Shown: positions 22,583-35,963, numbered from the whole stretch's first letter. The stretch: DNA of 63,885 bases, filler included, from Octopus bimaculoides (GCF_001194135.2; 7 parts of 5 records of this genome joined end to end with filler, not necessarily neighbours in it), one strand, 5' to 3'. The notes: generated by a model not told the origin, from the letters alone. Program-made: numbers and translations.

Positions 22583-23713
22583 TTAGCAAACGACCTCCCC
22601 CCCCCCACTGTCCATTGGACAGTCTGTATAGGTGAAGAGAGTTAACTTGGACTGTGTTAAGATGTAGAGATGTTTGTTGAGTGTATGGGATTGTTACATT
22701 TGGTTAAGGCATTAAATATTCCTGAGACACTAAAACTGTTAACTGTTTCTATACCACGGCTATTTGACTTCGAAGCAGCCTCTCGTGCACGTCGACGGTC
22801 AGCTAGTTCGGGTGTTTCTGAAACCCTAGTCATCGACGTGGAGGCAGCAGCGCATGCACGCCAGTGTTCAGCTTGTTCAGCTGTCTCGCTTGCACGCAGT
22901 GAACGCATAGCAAAAGCATTTCCTGTTTTTTTGCCAAGGTTACTCTTCCTTCTTCAAGGCATCCTATCAAGAAATTTTGAAATTCAATAAAACCTAATAA
23001 AATTAAATAAAAGTATTACCTCAATGGTTTTCGCAAGCTTTCCATATTGTTTTTTTAAAAACAAAATGCCAAAACGTTTAAAAAGAATTTTTGGCACGAT
23101 ATTGTCATCACCAACATGAACGTAATTGTGAATGAGTAGTTACATTTAGAAACGCGCGCACGTGTACGATTGTGTGTGAGAGAGAGAAAGAGAGTAAAAA
23201 AGAGAGAGTGAATGAGTAAAAGAAGTATGTACGTCTATATGAAATCGACATGTGTGTGTTTGTGTGTGTGTACACGCACGTGCGTGCTTGTGTATGTGAC
23301 AGAGAAAGAAGGTCAGAAAGAGAGATAGAATGAGTGAAGGTACACACACATATTTAGAAAATGTGACATAACAGTATAAAACTTTTACGGTAGTTGATTG
23401 AAGATAAGCGAAAAGAACAGAGAAAGAAAGTAACAGATGTATGTACGCCGATATGAAATAGACGGGTGTGTGTGTGTGCGTGTGTGCCGGTTGTCTTAGC
23501 AACTGATTGATTTTAATGGCAGAACAAACAGGACAAAAAGATTACAAAAATAGCGATTCTCACCTTGAAACTAACTATTTTGAAAATGTTTTTAGATTAC
23601 GGAATACCCAGCTCCGTCATGTATCTATGTTTAAAATTTCAGCGCGATCGGGTGAACAATACTAGAGTTATAAGTTCACAAACAGACAACGGAACGGATT
23701 ATATATATTAAGA
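22583..23713 (-). mobile_element. Non-autonomous Helitron retaining a Rep-helicase N-terminal repeat remnant
   Basis: 5' A|TCTTAATATATATAATCC; 3' hairpin actgtccaatggacagt then ...gtttgCTAA|T (variant of CTAG), i.e. inserted between A and T. ORF 22657-22908 (RASETAEQAEHWR...RVSETPELADRRRAR) resembles Helitron N-terminal ETxE repeats. Confidence 0.75.
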
Positions 23714-23744
23714 TGTATATATACATATATTTATATATGTACCA

Positions 23745-26290
23745 CTCCATACAGCAATGAATTTTGGACTCGTGCTGATATCCACAGCTTTGTACACTGT
23801 GTTAGGCTGTGTGTGCTATTCTGCGACATTCCAACTGCATCTAATGAAGAGGACTCCATCACTGACCCAGGCCACCGACCATCTCAGTGGACACCAGCTC
23901 CTGGCCAGTTCAAAGCAGCTGATCTTTTTGCAGGCATCTGCCAGCGTGCTGTGGACTGGTTTGACTTTTCCAGGTGTCCCCGACATCTGAACATCTCCCC
24001 AGCTGAACTCTCAGCTCTTCGATGTCTTTGATGCCGCAAAGACATCATCATAAAACCAGCTGACAACAGTGGAGCCGTATTGGTGTGGCGCACAGACCTC
24101 TACAAGGCCGAAGCTCTCTGCCAACCTCAAGACACCTCCTTCTACTGCCCTCTGCCCTCCAACCCCACGCCTAGCTACCACCCGCATTGTCCGCACCCCT
24201 GCAATTTACTTCCTCCCCAAAATCTACAAACCTAATAACCCTGGCTGTCTCATCATCTTCACCTGCAAATGCCCCACAGAACTCATCTCCAAATATTTTG
24301 ACCGTATCCTTGCCCCACCCCCAGTGGCCTCCCTCCCCACTCACATCCATGCTCTCCGCCTGTTCAACTCTTTTTCCTTCCCTCTTGGCCCCGCTAAACT
24401 TCTCTTCACTCTTGACATCAAGAGCCTTTACATGGTGATCCCACACTAGGAGGGGCTTCTTGCCTAATCCCCAACTTGACACATCCACACTTCTTCGTCT
24501 GGCCGAATTTGTTCTCTCCCTTTACTTCTCATTCACGGGTGATTATTACCAACAGTTCTCAGGAGTGGCCATGGGAATGAGAATGGGCCCCAACTATGTG
24601 AACCTGTTCGTTGGTTATGTTGAGGCCCTAATATTGTCAAGATTCACTGGTCCCACGCCCGAACTATACGGTCGTTATATTGACGACTGTATCAGTGCGA
24701 CCTTGCTCTCCCACCACAAACAACTTAACTCCTTCCTCCCTTTTGTCAAATCTTTCCATCCTGCCCTCAAAATTCTCCTGCATTATTTCCAACACTTCCA
24801 TCGTCAGCATTCATTACACCACCTCCATCTACTACAAATACACCGACTCACACTCATACCTCAACTTCTCCTCCTCCCACCCTAAACATACCAAGCTCTC
24901 CATCCCCTACTACCAATTCCTTCATCTACACAGGCTCTGCAGTGACAATCATGATTTTCAGACTCAGTCTCAACTCATGCCTCACCACTTCATCCTTCAT
25001 GGATATCCCCTCACTACTATCCACACTGCCCTTGCCAGAGCATGTTCCATGGACTGTGCACCTGCTCTCTCTCACCACACCCACCCCACCTTCACACATT
25101 TCCCCATCACCCTACCTCTCCAATGCACCATTCTCTGAGTCTTCCAGTTACTCCAGTCTGACCCCTCCACTTCGCACATCTTCCCTAACCTACTCTTCCC
25201 CTCCTTCAAACAAGCCATAACCTACGTAACAACATGGTCCACAGTTTCTTCCCTACCCCCACCTCGTGTCTCTGCTCCCACACTTGTCCCTACCTCTCCA
25301 ACACCACCATGCTCACAGGCACCCATCATCAACCCTATCATATCACTGACTCCTTCATCTGCTCTTCTAGCAATGTCATTTACTGCATCTCCTGCTCTCT
25401 CTGTCCTTCTCTGTACAACGGTCAAACAGGACGCCGCCTGGCTGACCAGTTAGCAGAACACCTCCAAGACATCAGACTCTAAGACACCCCAGTATCATGC
25501 CATTTCTGCTCTACCAGTCATTCTTTACAACACCTGTCAGTGTTCGGATTATCCTCGCACAGGGGCCACCTGGATTCTTGTCTTCGCTGTGAACAGGAAT
25601 TAATCTTCTCTCCACTCCTTTGTGCCATATGGGCTCATCTCCTCTCCCTTCTTCATCTAACTCCCCTCCTCTCACACCTACTTCCTCCCTTCACTCCCAC
25701 CCACCTCTCCTCTCTTGCTCTGACACCTACTTCCTCTCTTCACTCCTACCCATCTCCTTTCATCATTACCCCACCATCCCTATACATCCCATCCCACTCC
25801 CACCCTGTACACATTAGCGTTGATCACTTCCCAGCACTCATGCCACACACCACCCTACACACATTAGCATTAACCATTTCCCAGCACCCACTCCACTCAC
25901 TACCATACCACACCGCATACATTAGCACTGACCACTTCCCAGCACCCACACATCATCCACAACCACATGTCAAGGTCACCAGCCCCTATCCACACACATG
26001 CTCTCATATACACATGCACGTGCACCTTCGTTTTGGGATCAACACTACTTTATTATCTCCCCTTCTTCCTAGCTCTCATGTCTGACCACCTCGGTCCGGC
26101 CATCGCCATGATTGACCACTAGCTACTAAAGCTTTCCTTTTTTATTCTGTTTATTTCCTCGTGTTCCTTTCTGTTGAAAAGCGTAGGCTCAAAACGTATG
26201 ACTTTCTCACCTTCTTGAGTGTTAATCTAATACACCTGTTTGTTGTTTACACACCTGTCTTCATCTTTTGTTTTTTTGTAAATTCCAACT
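23745..26290 (+). mobile_element. Degenerate Penelope-like element (Neptune-like): RT, GIY-YIG and 3' pseudo-LTR
   Basis: IIKPADNSGAV, LPKIYKPNNPG, LFTLDIKSLY, GVAMGMRMGPNYVNLFVG, YGRYIDDC, YYKYTDSHSYL, FICSSSNVIYCISCSLCPSLYNGQTGRRLADQLAEH. Multiple stops and frameshifts; hammerhead remnant at about 26166-26200. Confidence 0.93.
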
Positions 26291-26298
26291 ATGTATCT

Positions 26299-26338
<40 letters not shown>

Positions 26339-26564
26339 GTATATACGTATATATACATATATATATGTATACATATATTGTGTAAATGTATATATGTACA
26401 TATACATATATTGTGTAAATGTATATATGTACATATACATATATATGTGTATATATATATATATATTATGTGTATATATATATATATTATTGGCTAAACT
26501 GGCAATATGACAATCCCCAAGTACAACAAAATATATATATATATATATATATATACATAGATAT

Positions 26565-26619
<55 letters not shown>

Positions 26620-26686
26620 CATACATATACGTGTGTATACATATACATAACTGTGTATACATATNNNNNNNNNNCTTGGTTTAACT

Positions 26687-26810
26687 GCAAAGCAAAGACT
26701 TTCAAAATACTTGTTAGAGAATTACTTTATGCTGATGATGCTGATTTGTTGGCACACTCAGAGGGGGATATGCAACATTTAATGGACAGATTTTCCATTG
26801 TAGGGGCAAC
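26687..26810 (+). mobile_element. RT fragment of a second (BovB-like) RTE family
   Basis: FNCKAKTFKILVRELLYADDADLLAHSEGDMQHLMDRFS. Confidence 0.75.
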
Positions 26811-26849
26811 AATCTTAACATGCTTGAATGTTTGAATGATGACCGGTCA

Positions 26850-29800
26850 AAAGTGAGAACAGGTGTAGCATGTCTATCAAATGAACACGAAAACCTTCTT
26901 TTCAGGCACTGAATAACATCTCCCCTTCCCATACCTCCTCCCACATTCCTTTCCCAGTTTTTAGATTTGGCACTGTCAATGTAGGCACACTGAAAAGTAG
27001 GTCTAGTGAGATTGTAGAGATGCTTGAACAGAGACATGTTAATGTATGCCGCATACAAGAGGCAAGGTGGAGAGGAGCTTCAGCCAGGGTCCTCACAGGC
27101 AAGCACATAGGTATAAAATCTCATGGGAAGGTAACAGTGGAGGAGGGGGTGTAAGCATACTCCTTGCAGAGAAATGGGTGGATAAAGTCATAGAGGTAGT
27201 CAGGGTATGCAACAGAGTGCTTAAGCTCAGGCTAGTCCTGCAGAATAGTATAGCTACAATTACGGGCCTACCAAACGATCAGAAGGATCACTTTAATGAT
27301 ACCCTTCTACAGGCTACCTCAAGGACAAGTGGCAATGACATCTTTGTGGCTGGAGATTTTAATGAGCATGTTGGACAGCAATCCGGTATCTTCCATGGTG
27401 TTCACAGGGGCCATGGAATTGGTTCCCAAAACAAAGACGGAACTAGGCTACTGGAGTTCTGTGATGCATGCAACCTATTAATCTGTAACACTAACTTCAG
27501 GAAACCAAACAACCGCCTGATAACCTATCGATCAGGTGACTCTGCTAGCCAGATTAATTTCATCTTCACCAGACAGCAGGATACAAGGTTGCTCTTAAAT
27601 ACAAAGACCATCCCTGGTGGAGAATGTAACCTCCAGCATAGACTAGCTAATAGTGACTTTAGACTCGAGGCCAGAAGGATGCCAAGAAGCAGACCAATCC
27701 AGAAAAAAAGGATCTGGAAGCTAAAGAACCCTTCACATGGTCAGAGATTTAGGGACATCCCCAGTAAGAAATTTGATGAGAGGGAGGAGGAGCTACAGAC
27801 TTTGGACATAGAAGGTAACTGGAAATTCCTATGGGACAACTTACCGAGCCACACAGACCAAATCTGCGGCTGGTGCAAAGTCCCTTCCAGATCTAGAGTA
27901 ACGTAGTGGTAGAATAATATGGTAGACAAGGCCATTAGAGCAAAGAAACGGGCCTGGAAAGCCTGGAAGAGTGGCGGTAGAACGGAACTGTACCAGATAG
28001 CTGAATGGGAGGCTGGGTGACAGGAATACATAGCCAAGGGAGAAGCAGAAAAGAAGTTTGCCAATGTTCAGCAATGTGAGGATCAAACAATTGAAGTATT
28101 TTGGATTGCAAGACAGTGTGTGAGAGAAAATTGTGATGTCACAGGAGAGAAATGTATGCACATGGACAATGGTACACTTGCTTTTAATGATTCTGCAAAG
28201 AAAGAAGCTTGGAGAAGCCATTATGAAAGGCTGCTGATTGTGGAGAATGAATGGGAGGAGAAGAATCTGCCAAATGTTGACCCACTAGAGGGACCACCTA
28301 CACGAATAGATAGCACCCTAGTAGATAAAACAATTAAAGATATGAAGTCAGAAAAAGGCCCCAGCGCATCAGGAATCACTGTTGAGATGCTTAAAATACC
28401 TGGTGGTGTGGGTTATGGCTTAGTCACCTGTATTATAAACCATGTAGTTCATGAAGGAGTCATGCCCAATGACTGACATAGCAGTACCATAGTCAACTGC
28501 TACAAAGGTAAAGGTGATGCTTTAGATAGAAATAACAACAGGGGTATCAAACTGCTGGATCAGGTGATGAAGGTCACAGAGAGGATCATAGCCCAACTAA
28601 TTAGGTAGAGAGTCTGCTTAGATGAAATTCTGTTAGGTTTTTGTACCACTGATGCTATATTCCTGGTATGGCAACTGCAGAAGAAATACCTAGCCAAAGA
28701 TAAACCCCTATACTTGGCTTTTGACTTGGAGAAAGCTTTGACAGGGTCCCCCAATCCCTTATATGGTGGGCGATGCAGAAATTGGGGATTGACAAGTGGT
28801 TAATAAAAGCTGTTAGTAAGGTAAGGGCTGGCAATGAGTATAGTGAAGAATTCTGGGTAGAAGTAGGAGTTCACCAAGGATCGGCCCTCAGCCCCCTCTT
28901 ATTCATCATAGTCCTCCAGGCAATAACAGAGGAATTCAAGACAGGTTACCCCTGGGAGCTCCTCTACGCTTATGACCTTGTTCTAATAGCTGAGTCACTA
29001 TCAGAACTAGCGGAAAAGTTTCAGGTGTGGAAGCAAGGTCTAGAATCGAAGGGCCTTAGAGTCAATCTAGCAAAAACCCAAGTCTTAGTAAGTAGGATGG
29101 CAGACAAATCACAAATCCCTTCAGGTAGATGGCTCTGCTCAATCTGTAGAAAAGGTGTAGGTAGAAACTCCATAAGACGTATTTGGTGTAAGCTATGGAC
29201 AAATAAGACTTGCAGCAATATCAAAGGAAGGCTAACTGGGAAGATAGTTTTTGAGTATGGCAGATACACAGGGGCAATAAACACTGAACATGTGCAGAAA
29301 ACTAGAAGTTGTTGATAGCTTCTGGTACCTAGGCAACCAAGTTAGTAGCGGGGGTGGATGCTTTGAGTGTAGTTGCTATAATAAGAATACCCTGGGCAAA
29401 GTTCAGGAGCTCTTACCTCTGCTGATAACAAAGGGCCTCTTGCTCAGAGTGAACAGTAGACTGTATGATGCATGTGTGCAAACTGCCATGCTACACGGAA
29501 GTGAAACATGGGTTGCGACTGCTGAAGACATGCATAAGCTTGCAAGAAATGAAGCTAGTATGCTCTGCTGGATGCGTAATGGTAGTGTACATACACAACA
29601 GAATGTAAGCACCCTGAGAGAAAAGTTGGAGATAAGAAGCATCAGGTGTGGTGTACAAGAGAGATGACTGTGCTGGTATGGTCATGTGTTGCCTATGGAT
29701 GAGGACAGCTCTGTGAAAAAGTGTTACACCCTAACAGTGGAGGGAACCTGTGGAAGAGGTAGACCCTGGAAGACCTGGGATGAGGTGGTGAAACACGACC

Positions 29801-30245
29801 TTCAGACATTGGGCTTCATGGAGGCAATGACAAGCGACTGAGACCTTTTAAGATATGCTGTGCTTGAGAAGACCTGAGAAGCCAAGTGAGACTGTAACCA
29901 TGGCCTATTCCAGTGTTGCATAACCGGCCCATTTAAGAGTACCCTCCAATCACTGGGTATTATACTATGCTTGAGAAGACCTGTTGAGTCAAGTAAAATT
30001 ATTGTTATGGCCGATGCTAGTACTGCCTGAGTGGCACCCGTGCCGGTGGCATGTGAAATGCACCATACAAACATGGTTGATACCAGTGCTGCCTGACTGG
30101 TCCCATGCCACCAGCATGTAAAAAGTATCATTCAAGCGTGGTTGTTGCCAGTACCACCTGACTCACTCCCATACCAGTGGCATGTAAAACGCATCATTTG
30201 AGTGTGGTCAATGCCTGTACCACCTGACTGGCCCCTGTATTGGTC
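26850..30245 (+). mobile_element. Near full-length degenerate RTE-clade LINE (APE endonuclease + RT + 3' UTR tandem repeats)
   Basis: RFGTVNVGTL...VAGDFNEHVG...NFRK (APE); KGKGDALDRNNNRGIKLL, AFDLEKA, VHQGSALSPLLFIIVL, LLYAYD (YADD mutated), LLITKGLLLRVNSRLYDACVQTAMLHGSETW, GRGRPWKTWDEVV. ORF stop near 29877. Confidence 0.95.
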
Positions 30246-30440
30246 TTAAAAGGCAGTATATGATTATAGAATTAAAGGTAATGCTATTGCTACTTTGGAA
30301 TAATCCTTATTTCTAATATTGTCTATCCATCTATCTATCTATCTATCTATATATATATATATATAATCAAAAAAACATATATCAGAAAAGAAGCACACTT
30401 TAAAGAATAGAGCAGTAATTATTAAAACAAGAATGTAAAG

Positions 30441-31890
30441 ACTCTATACAAACACAAAGAAATTTAATCTTTCTACCACACGGACATGAGGAAACACTTA
30501 GATATCGAGATTTAAGGCCTAACATGAAAAAATGTTAATGAGGACGGTTTTACAGACCCGAAAAAGCCTGACCAGCGAATGGGGAGATCCAATTTTCCAG
30601 CAGAAGTGGACACATTTAAAGAAAACTTCTTTACAACTATTAACATGCCAGATTTAACATAAATCTTAAGAATTATGGTTCTCTCCATGATGCAGATTTT
30701 GCAACAGACACTCCTGTTAATATATGGGCTTGGTTGATTTATATTATTTTCCACCTGATATCACATGGAGTCCCTTGATCTTTGAGATGCCACCCATGGC
30801 AGGCCAGGGACGTGACAAACTGTCTTTCTGAGACTCTAATATTAGCAGATAAACCAGGTTTCACACCAGTACAATTGCAACAGCCAAAGATGATGACTAG
30901 TCCGGGACCAGCGACACAGAGGAGGTAACAGATGGCTCCAGTACCACCGCCACAGATGATGAACAAATTATCATCATCAACACCGATAGAGTAATGAACC
31001 ACGCACCATATCTAACTACCAATACAATCACCACACCAAGAGATGATGACCAATCCAGGACCGGTGACAAAGATATAGTGTTCCCAGTACCACCACCACA
31101 AATGATGACCAAACAATTATCATTGACACCAATAGGATGACCAGCCCCGCACCGGGACTAATGCCGGCAGCTACATCGCCAACCATATGATCAGAAACAA
31201 TAAGCATGGCAATAACACCAGCGGATCATTGTGCTGTATTGACAGCATCAGCAACAGTGTTACCAACAGTATCCCCCTGGCCCAGAGCCTATCAGAGATA
31301 TATATCAGGAGTGTGAAAATAACCACATCCCAAGTTTGTAAATATATTGGATCAGTCAATACATCTTTCAAACGTCGCTTCTGCAACCACCAGTCATCCT
31401 TTAGAATCCCAGAAAAACAGTTTGTCACGTCCATAGCCAGCTATGTGTGGCACCTCAAAGATCAAGGGACTCGATGTGATATCAGGTGGAAAATAATAGA
31501 TCAACCAGGCCCATATAATAATGGGAGTTACCGTTGCAAAATCTGCATCGCGGAGAGAACCTAAATTCTTAAGGACTATAATAAACATGTCATGTTAAAC
31601 AGTTGTAAAGTTTTCTCTGAATGCGTCCACTTCAAGCGCTACCTACAGGAAAATTGGATCTTCCTATTTGCAAGTTAGGCTTTTTCAGGTCTGTAAAGAT
31701 TGTTTTAGCCTATGGTCCAGAGAGAACAACCTGTCCTCATGAACGTGTTTATATGTTAAATCTCAATATCTGAACATTTCTTCACATCCACATGGTAGAA
31801 AGTTTAAATTGTTTTATCTTTGTATAGAGTTTGACAAGCTGTCCACAGACGCTTTTGTGGATACGAAACCTTTGGTAATTTAAATTTTTG
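30441..31890. mobile_element. Penelope-like element 3' part with an inverted upstream copy of its GIY-YIG/3' region
   Basis: Plus: KYIGSVNTSFKRRFCNHQSSF...WHLKDQG...WKII...YRCKICIAER. Minus 30441-30842 is a diverged reverse complement of 31400-31829. Confidence 0.85.
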
Positions 31891-31892
31891 TT

Positions 31893-31987
<95 letters not shown>

Positions 31988-32245
31988 GTATGTATGTATG
32001 TATGTATGTAGGAACATGTATATGCATGTATATATACACATAATTATGTGTATATGTATGTATACTTTTAATTTTTTTACAATTCCTTCTCTCTTTTAAT
32101 ACTTCGATACAGTGTGTTATTACTGTCAAATACTGTTACAAGGATTTTCCCTACTGTTTCTTTCTTTCCTTCTCTTTTTCTTTGGTGAATGCACACATGT
32201 TTATAGTTGTGGATATCTGTGTGTACATATGGATGTGTGTGTGTT

Positions 32246-32278
<33 letters not shown>

Positions 32279-32672
32279 GGACATATGTATGCATGTATAC
32301 ACATGAATACATATGCATGTATGTGCTCACCTGTATGTGTATTCGTGTGTATCGTTGTTATTATGCTATTATGGAAAAGTGTCCTAAGTCCAAAACATTG
32401 GTTTTTCAGAAAACGAAAAAATAGCTTCACCATTCCATTTAGTTGGGTGCATAAAATCCTAACTCCAAAGTATTTTTGCAAAACTGTTGTGTGTGGAACT
32501 TACTACACTTTTGAAAAATTCAAAGCCGTTGTACTACACTTTGACAATTTTCGTATCTTGGCATCTGGAGATACAATAGTTTGACCAAAAGAACCAGCTC
32601 TTGTAAGCAAAATCAAATATTGAAGAAAAAAAAACGCATTTGGCCAAATTTGGACATACTACAGTTTAACAT

Positions 32673-32712
<40 letters not shown>

Positions 32713-32730
32713 AACATACATACATACATA

Positions 32731-33060
32731 CAGGCATACCTCACCCTATGTCGTTAATTGGTTCCAGGAGACACAACTTAAGTCGAAATAACTTGTCACT
32801 AAGCTAAACCAATAATAACCATTCCCAGTTCTGTACTAAATTTATGAATGCATTTTCAATAATACATGGTTTAATAAAAACCTATTTTAAGCTTACAAAC
32901 AAATAATTTTTATTTTTTAATACAATAAAAAAAAAAAAGTGATCTAAATTCACAAATACAATTTGGTGATGTTTACCAGACATCGCGGATGCTTTATTTG
33001 TGAATGTGGTTTGCAATAAGACATGGTAAAATAAAAGCCTTTTTAAACTTAAAAAACAAA
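32731..33060 (+). mobile_element. Possible pogo/Tigger-like non-autonomous element left end
   Basis: TA|caggcatacctcaccctatgtcgttaattggttcc...cttaagtcgaaa resembles Tigger-type TIR starts; no partner TIR found. Confidence 0.35.
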
Positions 33061-33068
33061 TTCAGTAA

Positions 33069-33895
33069 TCTTACATATTAAAACTGAAAACGTCTGTATG
33101 TGTGTGTGTATTGGTGTGTGCTCGTTTTGTGCCAAAACGGCTCGACTGATTTTTCTTAAACTTCACACGCACATTGCTTATGTGTCTGGGGAGGTTTTAA
33201 GTATAAATTGATTTCGAAAAAATGTTCGAGTAAATGGCGGGAGGAATAACATTTGGGTGTGAATGAATAGTGGGAGTAATGATTTTTAAGCTTCCAAGGG
33301 AAATAACCCATTTATTTTCAGTATGCTTATTTCTTAGTATTTTAGTTATTTTCTCAATTTATCCAATACAACGCTTAAACAATTAAATAGTATTCTCCTA
33401 AACAATAGATCCACTTATTTCAGTTAGTGACTTATTCATGAATATATCAGCGCTGCTGAGGGTAATATTCTCTGGGAACGCACAAAAGCTTTTTTCACAG
33501 TTAATTACTTTGAATTGTTATTATCTCATATCTGATTAGCCTGTATTTAAGTAACATGTTTCATGATTTTAGTATACATACGTTATTAGTATTTCCTCCT
33601 AAAACCTACATACTCTAAGAACGTATTAAAGCCCTTTTCGGGGCTACTTTATTTGAATTCTTACTATAGGGTAATTAATTTCATGCTATTACATAACTGA
33701 CTTCACAATTTGGGTATTCATAACTTACTGGGAATTCCTAAAAACAAGATCTTTTGTAAGACAGTTCGGTATTCTCAATAAATACACAAAAACCGTTTTA
33801 AGGGCTACATAGTTTGTATTGTTACTGGATTAGCGAAACAATTATGAGAATGGAACCAAAGGATAAGCCCGCTTTCCCGGGTATGTCAGCAACTA
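33069..33895 (+). mobile_element. Non-autonomous Helitron-like element
   Basis: 5' A|TCTTACATATTAAAACTGAAAACGTCTGTATGTGTG...aaaacggctcgactgattt; 3' hairpin cccg ctttcc cggg then tatgtcagc with a degraded CTAG. A cleaner terminus of the same type (cccgagcaaagccgggtatctctgCTAGt) lies on the minus strand at 42701-42728. Confidence 0.6.
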
Positions 33896-33899
33896 TATC

Positions 33900-34166
33900 A
33901 TAGCCTCAAGCCAACCAATACCTTGTGAGTGGATTTCGTACTCGGAAGTGTATGTGTGTGTGTGCGTCTTGTGTTTGTACCCTCACCATTGCTTGACAAC
34001 TGATGTTGCTGTGTTTACATTCCCGTAACTTAGTGGCTTTGTAAAAGACACTGACACAATGAGTACTAGGCTTACAAAGAATAAATCCTGTGGTTGAGTT
34101 CTTCGACCAACAGCGTTGCTCCAGCATGACTGCAGTCACATGAATGAAACAAGTAAAACAATAAAA
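33900..34166 (+). mobile_element. SINE family A, 3' two-thirds
   Basis: Body, short GT repeat and tail are contiguous, showing the two halves belong to one element. Confidence 0.75.
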
Positions 34167-34933
34167 ATCTATGTGAAATCCTCCTCCTCCACATCCATTT
34201 CCAGTTCTTTGCTTGTAGTCACCAATGGTTTGTTGATGGTAACACTATCAAACTCTTTAAACTCATTCACAAACTGCGGGCAATGCTTCTTCCATACACC
34301 ATTCATAGCCGATGCACATGTTTGTATGTATGTGTATATGTACCATAAACTCATTATTGAATCTTTTAACCTAGGAACTTCTTCAATCCATAGTTTTTAA
34401 ATTTAAAAAAACAAACTTATGCCTCAATTAATTATTTATTATTAATTAATCTCTTCTGAACATGCATTACTCACTTCTTCACTCAAGGTTTTTTTCAATA
34501 TTATGATATATTCATATTTTACTGTTCAATTAATACACCCCTGCAACCCACCCAACCATTAGCGAATAGAACACTATCTGCATTTTGAAAATAAGTTACC
34601 CAATCAAATTTAAATGCTTATTCAGCAAATCATATATTACATGTACCATCACAATTTTATTCCAGTCTTGATTACAACTGTCCAACAAACAGATACATGA
34701 ATCTCTGAGTCACAGCTTTTTGTGATGTTTTCACAGCTTTAATAAAAAAAGTATATTTATAATTGTTGGTGATTTTCCTTCTTCTTTGGACCTTTCCCTT
34801 TCTCCTTTCCAACACAGCCATGTTTGAAACATTAAAAATTCTCTCCTTTCACCAAGAGTCAAACTAATATAATTCTTGTGCATGTCCGAATTGTTTGTTC
34901 ATCGAATTGACTTTCTCTCTCTCTCTCTCTCTC

Positions 34934-35590
34934 GGAACCCGTGGAAGAGGTAGGCCCAGGAAGACCTGGGCTGAGGTGGTGAGGCAAAACCTTCGAGCAT
35001 TGGGCCTCACCGAGGCGATGACTACTGATCGAGACCTTTGGAAATGTGCTGTGCGTGAGAAGACCCGGCAAGCCAAGTGAGACCTAAATCCAAGGCCTCT
35101 GCCAGGGGTGTAGCCAGCCCACTTATGCGTACCTTTCCTACATTGGACATTAAACTCCGCTTGCGAAGACTTGTTGAGGCAAGTGAAATCGAACTAAATT
35201 CGACGACTGGCACCCGTGCCAACGTTGTCTCCTTCTTTGGACACGAAACACAGCTTGCGAAGACTTATTGGGGCAAGCGAAATTGGGATAACACCTGTGC
35301 CCAGCGTTGCCTTTCTGGCACTTGTGCCCGTGACATGTGTAAGGATTTTCGAGCGAGATCGTGCCAGTGCCCCTGGACTGGCTCTTGTGCGGGTGGCACA
35401 TAAAATACACCATTTTGAGCGTGGCCGTTGCCAGTACCGCCTGACTGGCCTTCGTGCGGGTGACACGTAAAAGCACCCACTACACTCTCTGAGTGGTTGG
35501 CGTTAGGAAGGGAATCCAGCTGTAGAAACTCTGCAAAATCAGATTGGAGATTGATGTTGCCATCCGGTTTCACCAGTCCTCAGTCAAATC
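34934..35590 (+). mobile_element. 5'-truncated, relatively young RTE copy (ORF end + 3' UTR)
   Basis: GTRGRGRPRKTWAEVVRQNLRALGLTEAMTTDRDLWKCAVREKTRQAK*, then UTR hairpin repeats and the terminal segment; the 5' junction abuts (CT)n. Confidence 0.9.
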
Positions 35591-35777
35591 NNNNNNNNNN
35601 NNNNNNNNNNNNNNNNNNNNNNNNNNNNNNNNNNTTAATTAATTAANNNNNNNNNNNNNNNNNNNNNNNNNNNNNNNNNNNNNNNNNNNNTTTCTTAAAG
35701 AAAAGCTCTACAGTTGTATTTGTCCCCTCTATGTGCAGCCCTGTGTGGCTAATAAAAGAAAGTTATCTATCTATCTC

Positions 35778-35808
<31 letters not shown>

Positions 35809-35833
35809 CTCTATCTATCTATCTATCTATCTA

Positions 35834-35873
<40 letters not shown>

Positions 35874-35918
35874 CTTATCTACCTATCTATCTATTAAACA
35901 AATTGATTGATAAAAAAT

Positions 35919-35963
<45 letters not shown>

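Noticed and set aside
25809-25960. Three 50-60-nt repeats (cacattagc...cacttcccagcac) that superficially resemble a CRISPR array; likewise the RTE UTR units
   Set aside because: Degenerate tandem repeats inside retroelement 3' regions of a eukaryotic genome, with no unique spacers and no cas genes.
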